Part shown: positions 1 through 14,315 of the stretch, piece after piece | Layout: every line of letters starts with the position of its first letter | How positions within the stretch are numbered: the first letter of the stretch is position 1 | DNA from: Octopus vulgaris | Lineage: Eukaryota | Direction of reading: 5' to 3' | NCBI GenBank assembly: GCA_951406725.2 | Contig: OX597819.1 | Coordinates: forward strand, 65,410,001-65,474,000 | Length of the DNA: 64,000 nt | Made by a program: the position numbers and the translations under genes | The notes under the pieces: model-generated | The model's input: only the letters and a program-made list of their open reading frames with translations | Databases searched by the model: none | What the model was told of the DNA's origin: nothing

Positions 1-465
1 AGATCATATTCTCGTTAAACGTCGAAATATTTATCGGTATGTGAACAATCATATATAACCGTCCACATTCACAAATATGTTTAAAGGGACATTAGTTTAA
101 ATTCATCTATCGGCTATTAATACATTGAAATCAAATTGCAATACAGATACTTTATATATTATCGCCAAATAGAGTTACCAAATATTAGATAGAACCGAAT
201 ATTAAATACATGTACTTCGGAGTTATTATCTCCTCTTCTGCGACAGAGAACGGAAAGGCAGATGCTGCAAAATTAACCCAGAGACACGAATAATATTCCC
301 CTCATAGTCGAATAACTGTTGCCGCTATTCAGCTGCTCACTGTGTCATACCTGACCACACCGTCTTTTACACACGCAAACATCTATATGTATTAATAGGC
401 CGATAGATGCATGTGCATCGTTGACGATTCTCTTTCTCCGTCTTCCCTTCTTTGGACTTTTTCTA

Positions 466-502
466 TATTTCTGATGAAGAGCTCTGCTCGAAACATGAAA
501 TC
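466..502 (+). ncRNA. Degenerate minimal type I hammerhead ribozyme in a PLE-type repeat end
   Basis: attt-CTGATGA-a-gagc(tct)gctc-GAAAC-atg-aaat. The core and stem II are intact and stem I is attt/aaat, but the cleavage triplet reads ATG rather than GTH. A related motif lies at 48094-48124. Confidence 0.55.
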
Positions 503-603
503 CACTTTCATTCCTTTCCTCAGCGTCCAATAACAGTGTACTTATTACACGTCCTCGCATGGTTTTTTACTGCTTGTTCATGTTTAGATTGATTTTATAT
601 ATA

Positions 604-720
604 AAAGAGACTGACACAATGAGCACTAGGCTTACAAAGCATAAGTTCTGAGGTCGATGTGTTCGACTAAAGGCGCTGCTACAGCATGGCCGTAGCCAAA
701 TGATGAAACAAATAAAGGAA
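604..720 (+). mobile_element. 3' fragment of tRNA-derived SINE family 1
   Basis: aggcttacaaag...cgactaaaggcg...cagcatggccg matches the 3' part of the copies at 11393 and 48217. Confidence 0.75.
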
Positions 721-724
721 TAAA

Positions 725-726
<2 letters not shown>

Positions 727-813
<87 letters not shown>

Positions 814-817
814 AAAC

Positions 818-882
<65 letters not shown>

Positions 883-912
883 TATAAATATATATAAAAT
901 AAAAATATATAT

Positions 913-955
<43 letters not shown>

Positions 956-957
956 AA

Positions 958-1034
<77 letters not shown>
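727..1034. repeat. Compound (TA)n microsatellite
   Basis: Seen directly; it is the source of the YIYI ORFs. Confidence 0.98.
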
Positions 1035-1039
<5 letters not shown>

Positions 1040-1581
1040 TTTGCTTCTTATCTAACTTTACAAAGAAAAGATTGGCAATGACGTCGAAGATTCGGTTTAC
1101 CGTACGTCATCAGCTTATTCATCGCTGATAAGCCGAAGTTTCAAAGTTACCAATAACCTATATATCCTATCTATATCTGTAGGAAAACTTAGTAAAACAC
1201 TTTGATATGCATACACATGTATAGGCCTACATACTCACATTTATATAGAAGATATTTGCAGAAGGGGCCACGCAGCGTAGCTGAATTGAAAGCCACGGTT
1301 TTTCCGAGTAAAATATCTTGACCGTAATTACACACGCACAACCACGCATTCATGCATACATACATACATGCCTACATATGTGCGTTTATATTTTTGCGTA
1401 TGTGTATAGAGAGGATGGCATTCTTAGTAACAATTACATATCAATATAATCTGATATCCTGATGAAAGAAATTCAAAAAAAAGAAACACATTCTTGTACA
1501 TTCTGAAATTAATCCTGTAAGAATGGAGACAAATGAAAACTGTAGTGAAGAATATACTGATGTTTATCTGCGATAGTCGAA

Positions 1582-1619
<38 letters not shown>

Positions 1620-1780
1620 AATGAAGGTAGTGGTGAGATCATGAGGATGATTAAGATCATCATCATCATGAATATGACGAATATGATTATCATGATGACG
1701 ATATAGAGGATGATGACACTGATCACGATGATCATTATGACGATGACGACGACGATAATAATAATAATGACGATGATGTC
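1582..1780. repeat. (GAT)n/(GAC)n/(AAT)n trinucleotide array
   Basis: Seen directly. Confidence 0.95.
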
Positions 1781-3340
1781 GACAGAAACGTATTTGTCTT
1801 ATTTGTCCCTGCTTGTCATGACGAAGCAATTTCGAAAGTCTGTCCGCTTAGATTACAGCTAAAAGGTGTAAGAAGATAGAATTAAGGAGAGAGGGAAATA
1901 AATCTCAGATCTAGACTGGAATATTATGAAAACCAAAACACGTTAGCGAAATCTGAAATCAGCATTATCTGTACTTTTGTGTTTAAGTTCAGAAGCCATT
2001 CCTTGTATCACAAATACCGACAGACTATCGATCCCTCCACGCACCCCACTAAGTGTTAAAATGGCGATAAACCAACTAAAATGGGCATAAAATAAATGTC
2101 TGAAGAAAACGGCCTGCAAAGCATGTCAATCAGGGATGTCAACCCTCCTCTAATGCTCCCCACTATTTGATACATTTTTTCACATGAGCCTCCTTTTTTC
2201 AAATGAGCTCCTAAAGGTCATGACTTGGTTGTGGCCAGACCCTCTTCGACTGTAATATGTTTAGGACCGAAACACTTGCCAAATTGGGATTTCTTCTCTA
2301 AAAAACATCAGGTGTTCAGCTTTTTGAACGTCTCTTACCGCAGAAGCAGAATATTAAACAATGGTAGCAGTTTTTGTCTTGTTCCCTTTAATTCAAGTGG
2401 TACAATTTGCTGACTGCGAACGTTTGTATTGGGAGAAAATAAATAAGAGAAAAATGATAATGAATAAAGTTTTGCTGTTTTGTACCACTTTAACTCGAAT
2501 CGTGTGGCGGTACGATCTATGATATTCAAAAACTGGGAATCCCATTTACATATATTTTGTTATAAATATTGTGTTCTGTCTACATCATTCAGTGCACCAT
2601 TCCCTAGTTTTAGATTGCAGGGCATCACATTAGAGCGCTATTGGTGCTCTATCTCGCAGTAATATTTCACCAGTTGCTCAAAAACATTATTGAAGTTCCA
2701 GTGACTGGTCAAACGTGTGATGAATATGATTTAGTTTAGCCATAGATGATGGACTGAATCATTAAGAGAATTCCAATATTAGAGACAATGTTCAGCCAAA
2801 GGAGCAAGTAATGAAGTGTTATCCATAAAAAATAAAAGAGAATCAGAGATGTGAAGAGTATGAAACATTTACATAAGGTACCGGAATCGGATACCGTGCT
2901 ATAGCAAGCTATATAGCAATAAAGATTTCTGAGTGATTTTATAACGCCACTGAGAGAAAAATGTCAATAAAATACAGCGGGTGATGTGATATAGAACGAA
3001 ATCGAAAAATGCACTTAAATAAGGTAGAAGTCATAATGAATGATTCATGGATAAGATATCTTGTGTAACCCAATATTTTGACTGCAAGAAAAAGTGAAAG
3101 CCTAATTCATTGCAGTGTGTAAATATTAAAAGCATTAAAATAAACTGAAGGGTTAGACCAGTCAAGAGTACAGTTGAAAAAAATAAAGGCGATCGAACAT
3201 GTAAAATCATTAATAGTAACTAACTTTAAAATCAATGAAAAATTATTCCTAAAGGTACAAATTATATTCGAGACAAGATATTTTCATCTGAGTAAAGCAT
3301 TTCCTACAGGATATTTTTCATTGTTATACAAAAATACAAG

Positions 3341-3540
3341 ATGGCAGAATCGTTAGCACAACGGACAAAATGCTTAGCGGCATTTCGTCCGTGTTTACGC
3401 TCTGAGTTAAAATGACTCACCGAGATGAGTTTGCATTCCATCCTTTCGGGATCGATAAAATAAAAACGAGATGATCACAGCTCGATGTGATTGACTCAGT
3501 CCCTCCTATAAGATCTCGGGCATTGTCCCAAAATTTCATG
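3341..3540 (+). mobile_element. Diverged SINE family 2 copy
   Basis: ggcagaatcgttagcac...aatgcttagcgg...catcctttcgggatcgataaaa, as at 12300. Confidence 0.75.
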
Positions 3541-4084
3541 TCATCATCATACTGAAAACTATGAAAACATATCATTCTTTCTCATAGGGCATCAACAAAA
3601 CACCATAATAAAACCATCGACAACAAACCCGACAATACACGTTCAATCCCTGTCTCCAGCATGTTTGGTAAACTTTTTCCACTATAGTCTCGGTCCAGCT
3701 GACCAATACCATGTGAGTGAAATATAGAACAGGTAAACTCAGGGGAAATCCATCGTACACACACAAACACACACACACACACGCGCACACACACACATAC
3801 ATCCATATGTATATATTGTGCTTTTACGCATGTCTGTGTACGTGCCATTTCAGTATTCTCCCTCTTTCCACTGCTTAATAACCGGTGATATTATGCTTAT
3901 ACCACAGTAATTAACTGCCTAATGAACGAAACAAGTTAAAAAAAGACAAGATAGACGTTAAGATGAAAGTTGACCCTGTCAAGATTTTCACTTAGAATGA
4001 AAAGTGCAGAAAAGAATTCCAGAAGACAGCTTCTAATGTCCTAAAAACTATGCACGTTTTACCACGAACATGATGGTCGTCATA

Positions 4085-4488
4085 ATGGTAATGATGATGC
4101 TGAGCACATAAGGATGATGATGATGATGGCGACGATGACCGTGAAAATGACGGCGCGAACGACAACCATAATGAAGAAGAAGAAGAAGAAGAAGAAGAAG
4201 AAGAAGAAGAAGATTGAGGAGGAGGAGGGGGAGGAGGGGGAGGAGGGGGAGGATAAGGAGAAGAAGAAGAAGAAGAAGAAGAAGAAGGAGGAGGAGGAGG
4301 AGGGGGAGGAGAAGGAGAAGGAAAGGGGGAGAAGAAGAAGAAGAAGAAGAAGACTATATTGGGAAAAGAATGCGAATATCTGACTTGAAATATTTTTGTG
4401 AATGATAGCAAAAGTCCAATGCTTGGACGAGAACGTGATTCGAAATCGGAACAAAATCCCGCTATACATTTCACAGTAACGTTGACAA

Positions 4489-4529
<41 letters not shown>

Positions 4530-4586
4530 TTGCTGCTGCTACTACTACTACTACTACTACTACTACTGCTGCTGCTACTACTACTA

Positions 4587-4618
<32 letters not shown>

Positions 4619-4740
4619 ACTACTGATGCTGCTGATACTGATACTACTACTACTAATAATAATAATAATTTTGATGATAGTGTTAATCACCAAGATGTTG
4701 GTGTTGTTAATGTTGGTACCGATAATGTTGGTAATAATAT
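4085..4740. repeat. Compound (GAT)/(GAA)/(GAG) and (CTA)/(CTG) microsatellites
   Basis: Seen directly; explains the poly-S/P/K/E/L ORFs. Confidence 0.95.
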
Positions 4741-5106
4741 ATGGGTAATTAGATTGATTAAAGTAATTAGAACAATTAAGACAACACAACAAAATTGTGA
4801 ATACAACAAAACAGAATAAATATATACTTTCTAAGCATCTGGCTTTTGTTTCTTTTTTTTTTACTTTCTTATTCTTCATCACATTTCTAACTGCAATTTC
4901 AAGATGGAATTAAGAGATTTGGAAAGTTACGTAATTTTGACCAACCTAAGTTTCTTTCTATTAAGACAAAAGAGAAAAGTAAAGAAGAAGAAAAAAAACG
5001 ATAATAGTATAATTCCAATCAAAACACGAGTTTGAAAAACGAAAAAGAATACAATGATGGTGGCTACGAAAATTTAAATGTCGAACTAAACTACAATACG
5101 TACACT

Positions 5107-6310
<1,204 letters not shown>

Positions 6311-6844
6311 ATGACAAAGAGTCGTTTGTTTTCGGCATGGCATGAATGAATTATCATTATTTTTCTTGGTGTTCTAGTTGTTCTTGTTTGTTGTTGTTGA
6401 TCTTGCAGTTCTTGTCATTATTTTCATCTTTGTCATAATTATGAGTGGCTGAATGTAGAAGAATCTAGAAGAATCTGAAGGTTCAAGGTTTCAAACGAAG
6501 TAGGAGGAGGGAGGCATAAGAATAGTAAGGTGAGAGGGTGCAGGTCAAAAGAATGGTGGGTTTAAATGATTTCTTTTATGAATGAGTGCCTGTGTGTGTG
6601 ACTGTATATAACTGTCATAATGTGTGTATGTGTGTGTGTGAATGCGTGATTGTGTTTGTGGATGGGTAGATGTCAGAAAACTGACAGCTGTGAGGTGAGA
6701 GGTCTGTGTCTGTGTGTTCGATTGTGTTTACTGTAGAGAAAGGGAAGTAGAGAGAGAAAGGGAGGAAGAGTCGGACATGTATGCATACATGTATACATAT
6801 ATTTACATATATATAAATATGCATATATATGTGTGTATATATAA

Positions 6845-6894
<50 letters not shown>

Positions 6895-7122
6895 GCATAT
6901 ACATATATATATATATATGTGTATCTATGTATCTATCTATATATATATATATAACATAAGGGACTAAAGCCATCTGAATATGGCTAGGGACAGGGCAGGG
7001 TGGTGGGGGTGTTACTGTTGCATTTAGCCCCAGGCGAACATCGACGTCACCAGAAAGGCTCGACACCGTCACGGTGCCCTTAACCTGCAAAGGGAGGTAA
7101 TTCCCCGATGAAGCGGAAACCA

Positions 7123-7168
7123 CACACGGACCATGGTTTCAAGGTGTATTGCCTATCATCGGCGTGTG
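7123..7168 (-). ncRNA. Type I hammerhead ribozyme (CCGAUGA core variant), inverted copy
   Basis: Exact reverse complement of 7449-7494. Confidence 0.75.
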
Positions 7169-7448
7169 GTAGGCCTCCGCTTCCTCGACGAATTCTCACT
7201 CTGCAGGATTTTCTTATATAGATTTTCAAGCAAAATACATTTGCTGATTTCGAAAATCTGTTCGAAAGCAATAATAATTCAGATGGCTTTAGTCCCTTAT
7301 GTTATCGAGCAGTTACTGTCTATATCCCTTTTAGAGAATTATTATTGCTTTCGAACAGATTTTCGAAATCAGCAAATGTATTTTGCTTGAAAATCTATAT
7401 AAGAAAATCCTGCAGAGTGAGAATTCGTCGAAGAAAGCGGAGGCCTAC

Positions 7449-7494
7449 CACACGCCGATGATAGGCAATACACCTTGAAACCATGGTCCGTGTG
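7449..7494 (+). ncRNA. Type I hammerhead ribozyme (CCGAUGA core variant)
   Basis: cacacg-CCGATGA-t-agg(caataca)cct-t-GAAAC-catg-GTC-cgtgtg: 6-bp stem I, short stem II, palindromic stem III ACCATGGT, GUC cleavage site. Confidence 0.78.
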
Positions 7495-7808
7495 TGGTTT
7501 CCGCTTCATCGGGGAATTACCTCCCTTTGCAGGTTAAGGGCACCGTGACGGTGTCGAGCCTTTCTGGTGACGTCGATGTTCGCCTGGGGCTAAATGCAAC
7601 AGTAACACCCCCACCACCCTGCCCTGTCCCTAGCCATATTCAGATGGCTTTAGTCCCTTATGTTATCGAGCAGTTACTGTCTATATCCCTTTTAGAGAAT
7701 TATTATTGCTTTCGAACAGATTTTCGAAATCAGCAAATGTATTTTGCTTGAAAATCTATATAAGAAAATCCTGCAGAGTGAGAATTCGTCGAGGAAGCGG
7801 AGGCCTAC

Positions 7809-7854
7809 CACACGCCGATGATAGGCAATACACCTTGAAACCATGGTCCGTGTG
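7809..7854 (+). ncRNA. Type I hammerhead ribozyme, second tandem copy
   Basis: Identical to 7449-7494 and exactly 360 nt downstream. Confidence 0.78.
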
Positions 7855-8028
7855 TGGTTTCCGCTTCATCGGGGAATTACCTCCCTTTGCAGGTTAAGGG
7901 CACCGTGACGGTGTCGAGCCTTTCTGGTGACGTCGATGTTCGCCTGGGGCTAAATGCAACAGTAACACCCCCACCACCCTGCCCTGTCCCTAGCCATATT
8001 CAGATGGCTTTAGTCCCTTATGTTATCG

Positions 8029-8097
<69 letters not shown>

Positions 8098-8399
8098 CAC
8101 ACATGTATATACACACACACAGACACGCACACACAGACACACACACATGCACACACAAACACACACACACACTTATATATATCACAAACGTGTGCTTGTA
8201 GGGAATAATTTTGTTCAGAACCGTGTTCTGTGGAACGGTAGCGTCGATTCGTACTTCGCTGACAGTCGTTTGTTTTCTGCATGGCATGAATGGATTATCA
8301 TTATGCAATTCAAACAATGATAGACATAAACCAAATCATAAATGAAAAATAAAATGTATCTTAAAACATATAACTAGATCACAAAAAGTTATACTAGCT

Positions 8400-8419
8400 A
8401 TTATTATTATTATTATGAA

Positions 8420-8453
<34 letters not shown>

Positions 8454-8508
8454 ATTAATATTATTATTAATATTATTATTATTATTAATATTATTATTAT
8501 TATTATTA

Positions 8509-8573
<65 letters not shown>
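8400..8573. repeat. (ATT)n/(AAT)n array abutting the 3' end of the R4/Dong LINE
   Basis: Seen directly. Confidence 0.95.
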
Positions 8574-8575
<2 letters not shown>

Positions 8576-10262
8576 TATGTTTGACTTTTGCTTTATGCCT
8601 GTACAAGTTGGCTCCAAGTCTCACCCAGAGACCTCAAGAGACAACAGGTTGGAAGTTCACGTTGTTGTTATGCCTAGTGTGCCATATATTTGGGTTTTTT
8701 TTAGTGTTGTACTAGTGAATGTCTAATACATAAATTTGTTTTAAACCTTGGGATTACATAGAGAGAATTTTGCGTAGGATATGAGCAGTTCCCATGAGCA
8801 CTATCTTTTGAATTTCTGCCATTTTGGGGTTTCCTGGTATCTGAGTTAGATAGCAATCAGCCCCTTTTGCTATCATTCTCAGGACACCTATGACAACAGG
8901 TATTGTTTTAGTCTTCAGGTTCCACATTTTGCTGATTTCTATTTCAAGATCTTCATATTTGCTCAGTTTTTGGTAGGTCTTGACAGATACGTTTATATCG
9001 ATTAGGACAGTCATATCAATGAGGAGGCATGTTCTTTGTCTGAAGTCTTTCAATAGGATGTCTGGTCTATTTGCATCTATCTTTCTGTCAGTTTGGATGG
9101 TGAAGTTCCAGAGGAGTGAGGTGTGGTCATTTTCAAGCACTGGAGGTGGATTGTGTTCCCACCAGTTTTTTTCATGTGGCAAATCCAGGTTTTTGCAAAT
9201 TACCCAGTGAATATATTGTGCAGCTCTATCATGCCTGTTGAGGTACTCTGTAGGCGCTAGAAGACTGTATTTGGAGACAACATGATCAATGGTTTCATTT
9301 TGTTGTCGGCATACACGACATGTTGGGCTACTGCCGTTATTTAATATGTTGGCCTGGTAGTTTCTTGTTGGTAGGCATTGATCTTGAGCTGCTATGATAA
9401 ACCCCTCTGTTTCAGATTTTAAGCCAGAGGCCATTAGCCATTGATGGGTCAGGGCTTTGTCAATATCTGCATAATTCGCTCTCTTTGGGTATTTGCCATA
9501 GAGAGGTTTTTCTTGCCATTTATTATTCAGAATATCTAAGGCCGCAGTTTTGGCACGGGTTTTCATGCGCCTAGCTTTTTCTGTGCTTGATTCTTTTATG
9601 TCTATCTCTAATTCCGAAATTGGTTGTATTCGGAATTCACTTAGACATTCCTTTGCCTGTGTTGTTACTGAGTATGATGCTTTCTTGTTTTCATGTTTTG
9701 AGACAGGTTTTAACATCCAGTCCTCATACTTTTTCAGGTAGGTGTCTAGGCCAATTGTAGCAACCTTCATTGTTATTGCCAGTTGCAAAAGACCACGGCC
9801 TCCCTCTTTTCTTGGCAGATAAAGTCGTTCTGTATCTGTCTTAGGGTGGTGCATTCTATGCATTGTCAACAGTTTTATTATTTTTCTGTCGAGCTGACAT
9901 ATTTCAGTAATTGACCAGTTAACGATGTTGAAACTGTAAGTCACGACTGGTATGGCTAATGCATTGATCGCTTCGATCCTGTTTCTTGCATTCAGCTCTG
10001 TCTTGAGTATTGCTCTCACTCTTCGATAGCATTCTCTCCTGATCCATTCTTTCATCTCTGAATGCCTTATTCCGTTCCCTTCAATTACCCCTACGTACTT
10101 GTAGCTCTCCGCTGGGTCTAGTTCTTTTATGATATTCTGCTGGTCAAGGTTAACGTTAGATGTTTCTGTCATTTTTCCTTTGATAAAGGTAGCTTTTGCA
10201 CATTTATCGAGGCCAAATTAGATTCTGATGTCATCACTGAATTGTTTAACAATCGCTAGTAG
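8574..10262 (-). mobile_element. 5'-truncated R4/Dong-clade non-LTR retrotransposon
   Basis: ORF motifs as in the next feature. The 3' UTR runs into (AAT)n. The upstream frame continues FSDDIRI*FGLDKCAK with a TAA at 10218-10220. Confidence 0.9.
8754..10172 (-). pseudogene. RT C-terminus/thumb, CCHC zinc knuckle and restriction-like endonuclease of the R4/Dong LINE (472 aa open frame, N-terminally truncated)
   Basis: YKYVG, RLYLPRKEGGRG, ETEGFIIAAQDQ, CRVC..ETIDH, RHD, NRPDI, LIDMTV, K..KYEDL. Confidence 0.92.
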
Positions 10263-11392
10263 ACCCTTATTTCTTGCCTTGCATGTATGTATGGTGTTAT
10301 GTGGTCAACGTTGGCCGATGGAATCCGTAAATAGCCTGAAACATGCTTGTTTTTTGTTTCTTTCTTTGTGTAACGGCGTTACAGTGTTATTTGAGAGACG
10401 TTTGGTTTTCATTTCTCCTAAATTATATCAGTGCATCAAGACGTAAACGCGTCCAAATGTTCAATACATAAGTTTAAAATATACCATTTCATAAGTCCGT
10501 TTATTGACTGTATCTCTTGCACTACGCTTTTCAACAACAAAATTAACGGATACTTCTATGCCTGAGATACACAGTGGTGTATTATTTTTTCAAGAAAATT
10601 TGACATTAAAGCTTTAAAGTACTAGCTACTGTTATTTCCTTCTTGTTTATTTTAAACCATTAACTGTCAAATTTTTTCAATTCATATTTTTTGGTTTTGC
10701 TAGGAGTTAAAATTATATACAGTATTTAAATTTTCTTCATATGTGAATTATTTTGGAAATTTTCATATATTTTTCGAAAAGTCTCGAATGTGGATCGCTG
10801 AAGAAAATCATATTTATCCTTTTCTATTCAATTGCAATAACAAACATTTTAGTTTCTTTTTTTTTTTTTTTGAAACCATAGTATCAAATGCGAATGTATA
10901 TGAAATATCAATGAATGATATAGAACAAAGTTTTCAAAGCAGTCAATACTTTTGAAGGTCACAAATTGCGATTTATGACATAACATGTGTTCTAGAATTA
11001 GTCAGAATTAATAAACTTTAACTATAATAAACTTTAACTATTTTAACTACTTCTGCAGAGGTGTTAATTGCACCTATGCAGATCCAATGTACAGAAGCAA
11101 TTCACTTCAAATACAACGAACAACGGGCAGTGAGACTTAGGGCTGCCAATGGGTTATTATATGGCTTCTAGAGTCCAGTGGAAGTAAACCAAACGAGCAA
11201 ATAATATTTGACGTGAGATATTTAGAATCAGAGATGATGAATACAATATTGAAGCAGCAAATTAAAAGAACATTAGTTTCATTTATGGGCAAACCTTTAT
11301 GAAATTAACTCACATATTTTTCAAAAAGAGCAGACTAGAATGAAGCGCGTAGAACAAATGTTTACTGAAAATATTTTGAGATAATTTTGACG

Positions 11393-11790
11393 CAGGGGCA
11401 GGAGTGGCTGCGTGGTAAGAAGCTTGGCCCCTGGTTCAATCCCACTGCGTGGCACTTTGGGACAGTGTCTTTTACTATAGCTTAGGGCCAAGAGTGGATT
11501 TGGCAGACGGAAATCTGAAAGAAACCCGTTGTATATATATATATATATGTATATGTATGTGTGAATGTGTGTGTGTGTGTGTATTTGTGTGTCTGTGTTT
11601 GTCACCCCCCACCATCGCTTTACAACCGATGATCATGTGTTTACGTCCCTGTAACTTAACAGTTCGGCAAAAGAGACCGATAGAATAAGTACTAGGCTTA
11701 CAAAGAATAAGTCCTGGGGTCAATTTGTGCGACTAAAGGCGATGCTCCATCATGGCCAGTGACAAATGACTAAAACAAGCAAAAACATAA
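11393..11790 (+). mobile_element. tRNA-derived SINE family 1 (CORE-like box, internal TA/TG microsatellite)
   Basis: A box tggctgcgtgg, B box ggttcaatccc, ctttgggacagtg segment; more than 10 related copies in the window. Confidence 0.85.
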
Positions 11791-12156
11791 ACGAATAATG
11801 CTGAACACCGAAATGAGCAACGCCTATGAATGGATATTGAAATCATATTTTTGAGTGACTTAACATAATTTATGTAAGAAAAACTGAAATTACAACGTAT
11901 TTTGTAATAACGCATAAAAACGTTACGAAGAGACGATTGTAACTACAGAAGTGGAGAGATGTGTATAAATATCAGACAAGAACGGTAGCAAAGTTTGGGC
12001 GATGTAAAAAACAGAAATTGACTGAGAATAAGAATGTAAGACAACGTACCTCTCTTCACGAAGCTATTTTTCAAGTTCATCAATTCAAATATGTATGATA
12101 TAATGCAGATGTACAAGGCGCTATTCTCATTCCTTCCATTAAAATGGAAAATAGAT

Positions 12157-12690
12157 CCACCGAGGTCGACTTAGCCTTTCATCCTTTCGGGGTCGATGAA
12201 TTAAGTACCAGTTTCGTATTGAGGTTTGATCTAATCGACTGGTCCCGTAACCCAAAATTTCGGGCCTTGTTCCTAGAGTAGAATATTTCATCCTAGGAAG
12301 GCGGTGAGCTGGCAGAAACGTTAACACGCCGGGCGAAATGCGTAGCCGTTTTTCGTCTGCCGTTACGTTCTGAATTCAAATTCCACCGAGGTCGACTTTA
12401 CCTTTGATCCTTTCGTGGTCGATAAATTAAGTACCAGTTACGCACTGGGGTCGATGTAATCGACTTAATCCCTTTGTCTGTCCTTGTTTGCCCCCTCTAT
12501 GTTTAGCCCCTTGTGGGTAGTAAAGAAATAGGTATTTCATCAGGCTTTACGTTCTGAGTTCCAATTCCGCCGACGTCAACTTTGCCATTCATCCTTTCGG
12601 GGTCGATAAATTAAGTACCAGCTGCGTACTGGGGTCGATCTAATCAACAGGTCCCGTCCTCAAAAATTTCGGCCCTCGTGCCTAGAGTAA
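12157..12690 (+). mobile_element. Tandem cluster of tRNA-derived SINE family 2 (Meta/MESC-like central domain)
   Basis: ggcggtgagctggcagaa head, gagttcaaattcc-type B box, and gcctttcatcctttcggggtcgataaattaagtacca repeated three times. The domain name comes from recalled similarity only. Confidence 0.8.
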
Positions 12691-13434
12691 AAAAAAAAAA
12701 AAAAAGTTTTAAACTATAAAACACGAAAGGTAAAAATCGAAACAGAAGAAAATAATACACCCCCACACAAAATATTGTAGATGAATACATCATTAATAAT
12801 TGTTGCACAATTAATTCTTTCTCTAAATATTATACATCGATATTAATATCTGTTGTACGTGTTACTTGATTTCATCTCAGTCCACCACATTGTCGCCTCC
12901 GTTAATTTGATCTCACATCGCCTTACTGTGTCGTATATCTGGGAGGTTAGTTTATTGCAGTCAGTACTAGAATTAACAATTCTTAACATAAGCAAATGAA
13001 AATAATGCTATTAACTACTCGACTTCTGACATAGCTACAATTAATGTCGTGTTTCGAAAACTAAAAGCCATTAGACTTCACTTAAACTATATTTCGCACT
13101 ATCAACATTTGTGTTCAGACAAATAATTAAACGCTAATAGTATCAAACAAAAATGTTTTTGTAGCAGAGTATCAGGTTATACAAAAGAAATGTATCACTT
13201 GAAAAATAGTTTCGGGAACAGAGATACCTTGTCCTTCATATAAACCCCGCTGAAATACACAAACTAAACGTTAAATAGAAGACTACTTTGTCTATTCAGC
13301 AGAAAATATTTAAATTAAGCATTGAATGAATCTGCAACTCATATCACTTAGGCATTTATCGTATTTATACTTGGAGTGCAGCCCTGCTTGGCCATGACCT
13401 AAAGAGCTTAGATGACTAAATCGACCCATGTACT

Positions 13435-13690
13435 TATTTTCAAATGTAGTCCTTATCCTAACGTTCTCTTTTGCTGAGCCGCTAAATTTCTGTGAGGTAA
13501 ACAAGCCAATAATTATTGGCAAGATCTCTTGGTACGAATAAAGACACCGAATCACAAACACACATACTCACGCACACAGAGTTTTCTTCTATCAAATTGC
13601 CTTACAGGGCATTAATTAGCCTGGCGCTATAATAGAAGACGCTTGCCCAAGTTATAGCGCTAACAGACTGAACCCGGAACCATATAGATA
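13435..13690 (-). mobile_element. Diverged SINE family 1 copy
   Basis: Reverse-complement similarity to 11393-11790. Confidence 0.65.
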
Positions 13691-14315
13691 CAAAGTGACA
13701 CAGAGATGACCGATCTGTTGAAATAAATAACAATTTTGGTATATTTTTCAACACAGGGGGAACTATTAGGTATTGTCTAATACGAGCGCACTGCATCTGT
13801 TTTATCGATGTTGTAAAAGGGAAGCCGGATGGTTTCTCAGTTAAAAGAACGTCTAAAAACCTTAGTGAGAGTAGGATCATTTAGAAATCAAGGCATCATT
13901 TTTCAAAGGCTTTTAAAACTGAAGCAGGCTTAAAATGTAGATAGATAAGTAGCTACAGCAGCTTTATCCGTATCATATCCTAGAACACTACTTATCGTAA
14001 CAAGACGATTAATGGTTTATGTTATGCAGTGCAAAAAGTCGTGATATTTGGTGTAGGTGCAGCTGTTTAATGCCTTACAGCGATCCCAGAACTCTACTGT
14101 TAGTTATTTAATCCACTCCGAATGGATAAAAAATAAAGTGGACTTCGGTGGAAATTGAACTCAGAACTTAAAAAAACAAATGCAGCAAAACAGCTTCTCT
14201 GGCATGCAAACTATTCTAAAAGACCACCGCTTTAATGCTATATATAATAAATACAGTCTCTTATAATTTCTAGTGACACTTCTTTTCTCTAGCTAGAATA
14301 TGTGCAATAACAATA

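Larger units (their letters stand above)
6951..8030. mobile_element. Non-autonomous HHR-bearing element (retrozyme/PLE pLTR-like): one inverted partial copy plus ~2.1 tandem 360-bp units
   Basis: 6951-7280 is the reverse complement of the unit. Direct units are 7277-7637 and 7638-7997, plus 33 nt (7998-8030). Copies are near-identical and flanked by (TA)n and (GATA)n. Confidence 0.9.

Noticed and set aside
1078-1140. CTGATGA on the minus strand amid short inverted repeats
   Set aside because: It is followed by GAAT, not GAAA, and no consistent stems I and III could be built.
2050-3340. Possible decayed DNA-transposon coding region
   Set aside because: I could not establish a diagnostic motif or terminal repeat by eye.
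7105-7140. Second CCGATGA-agcg-GAAAC motif antisense to the HHR (a viroid-like ambisense ribozyme?)
   Set aside because: There is no stem II and no stem I partner. It is explained as the complementary arm of the extended hairpin.
6803-8042. Repeated ORFs MVSASSGNYLPLQVK... and MLSNRFSK...
   Set aside because: They recur only because the 360-bp unit is repeated. They use non-ATG starts and show no recognisable domain. Translation from a circular RNA cannot be excluded but is unsupported.
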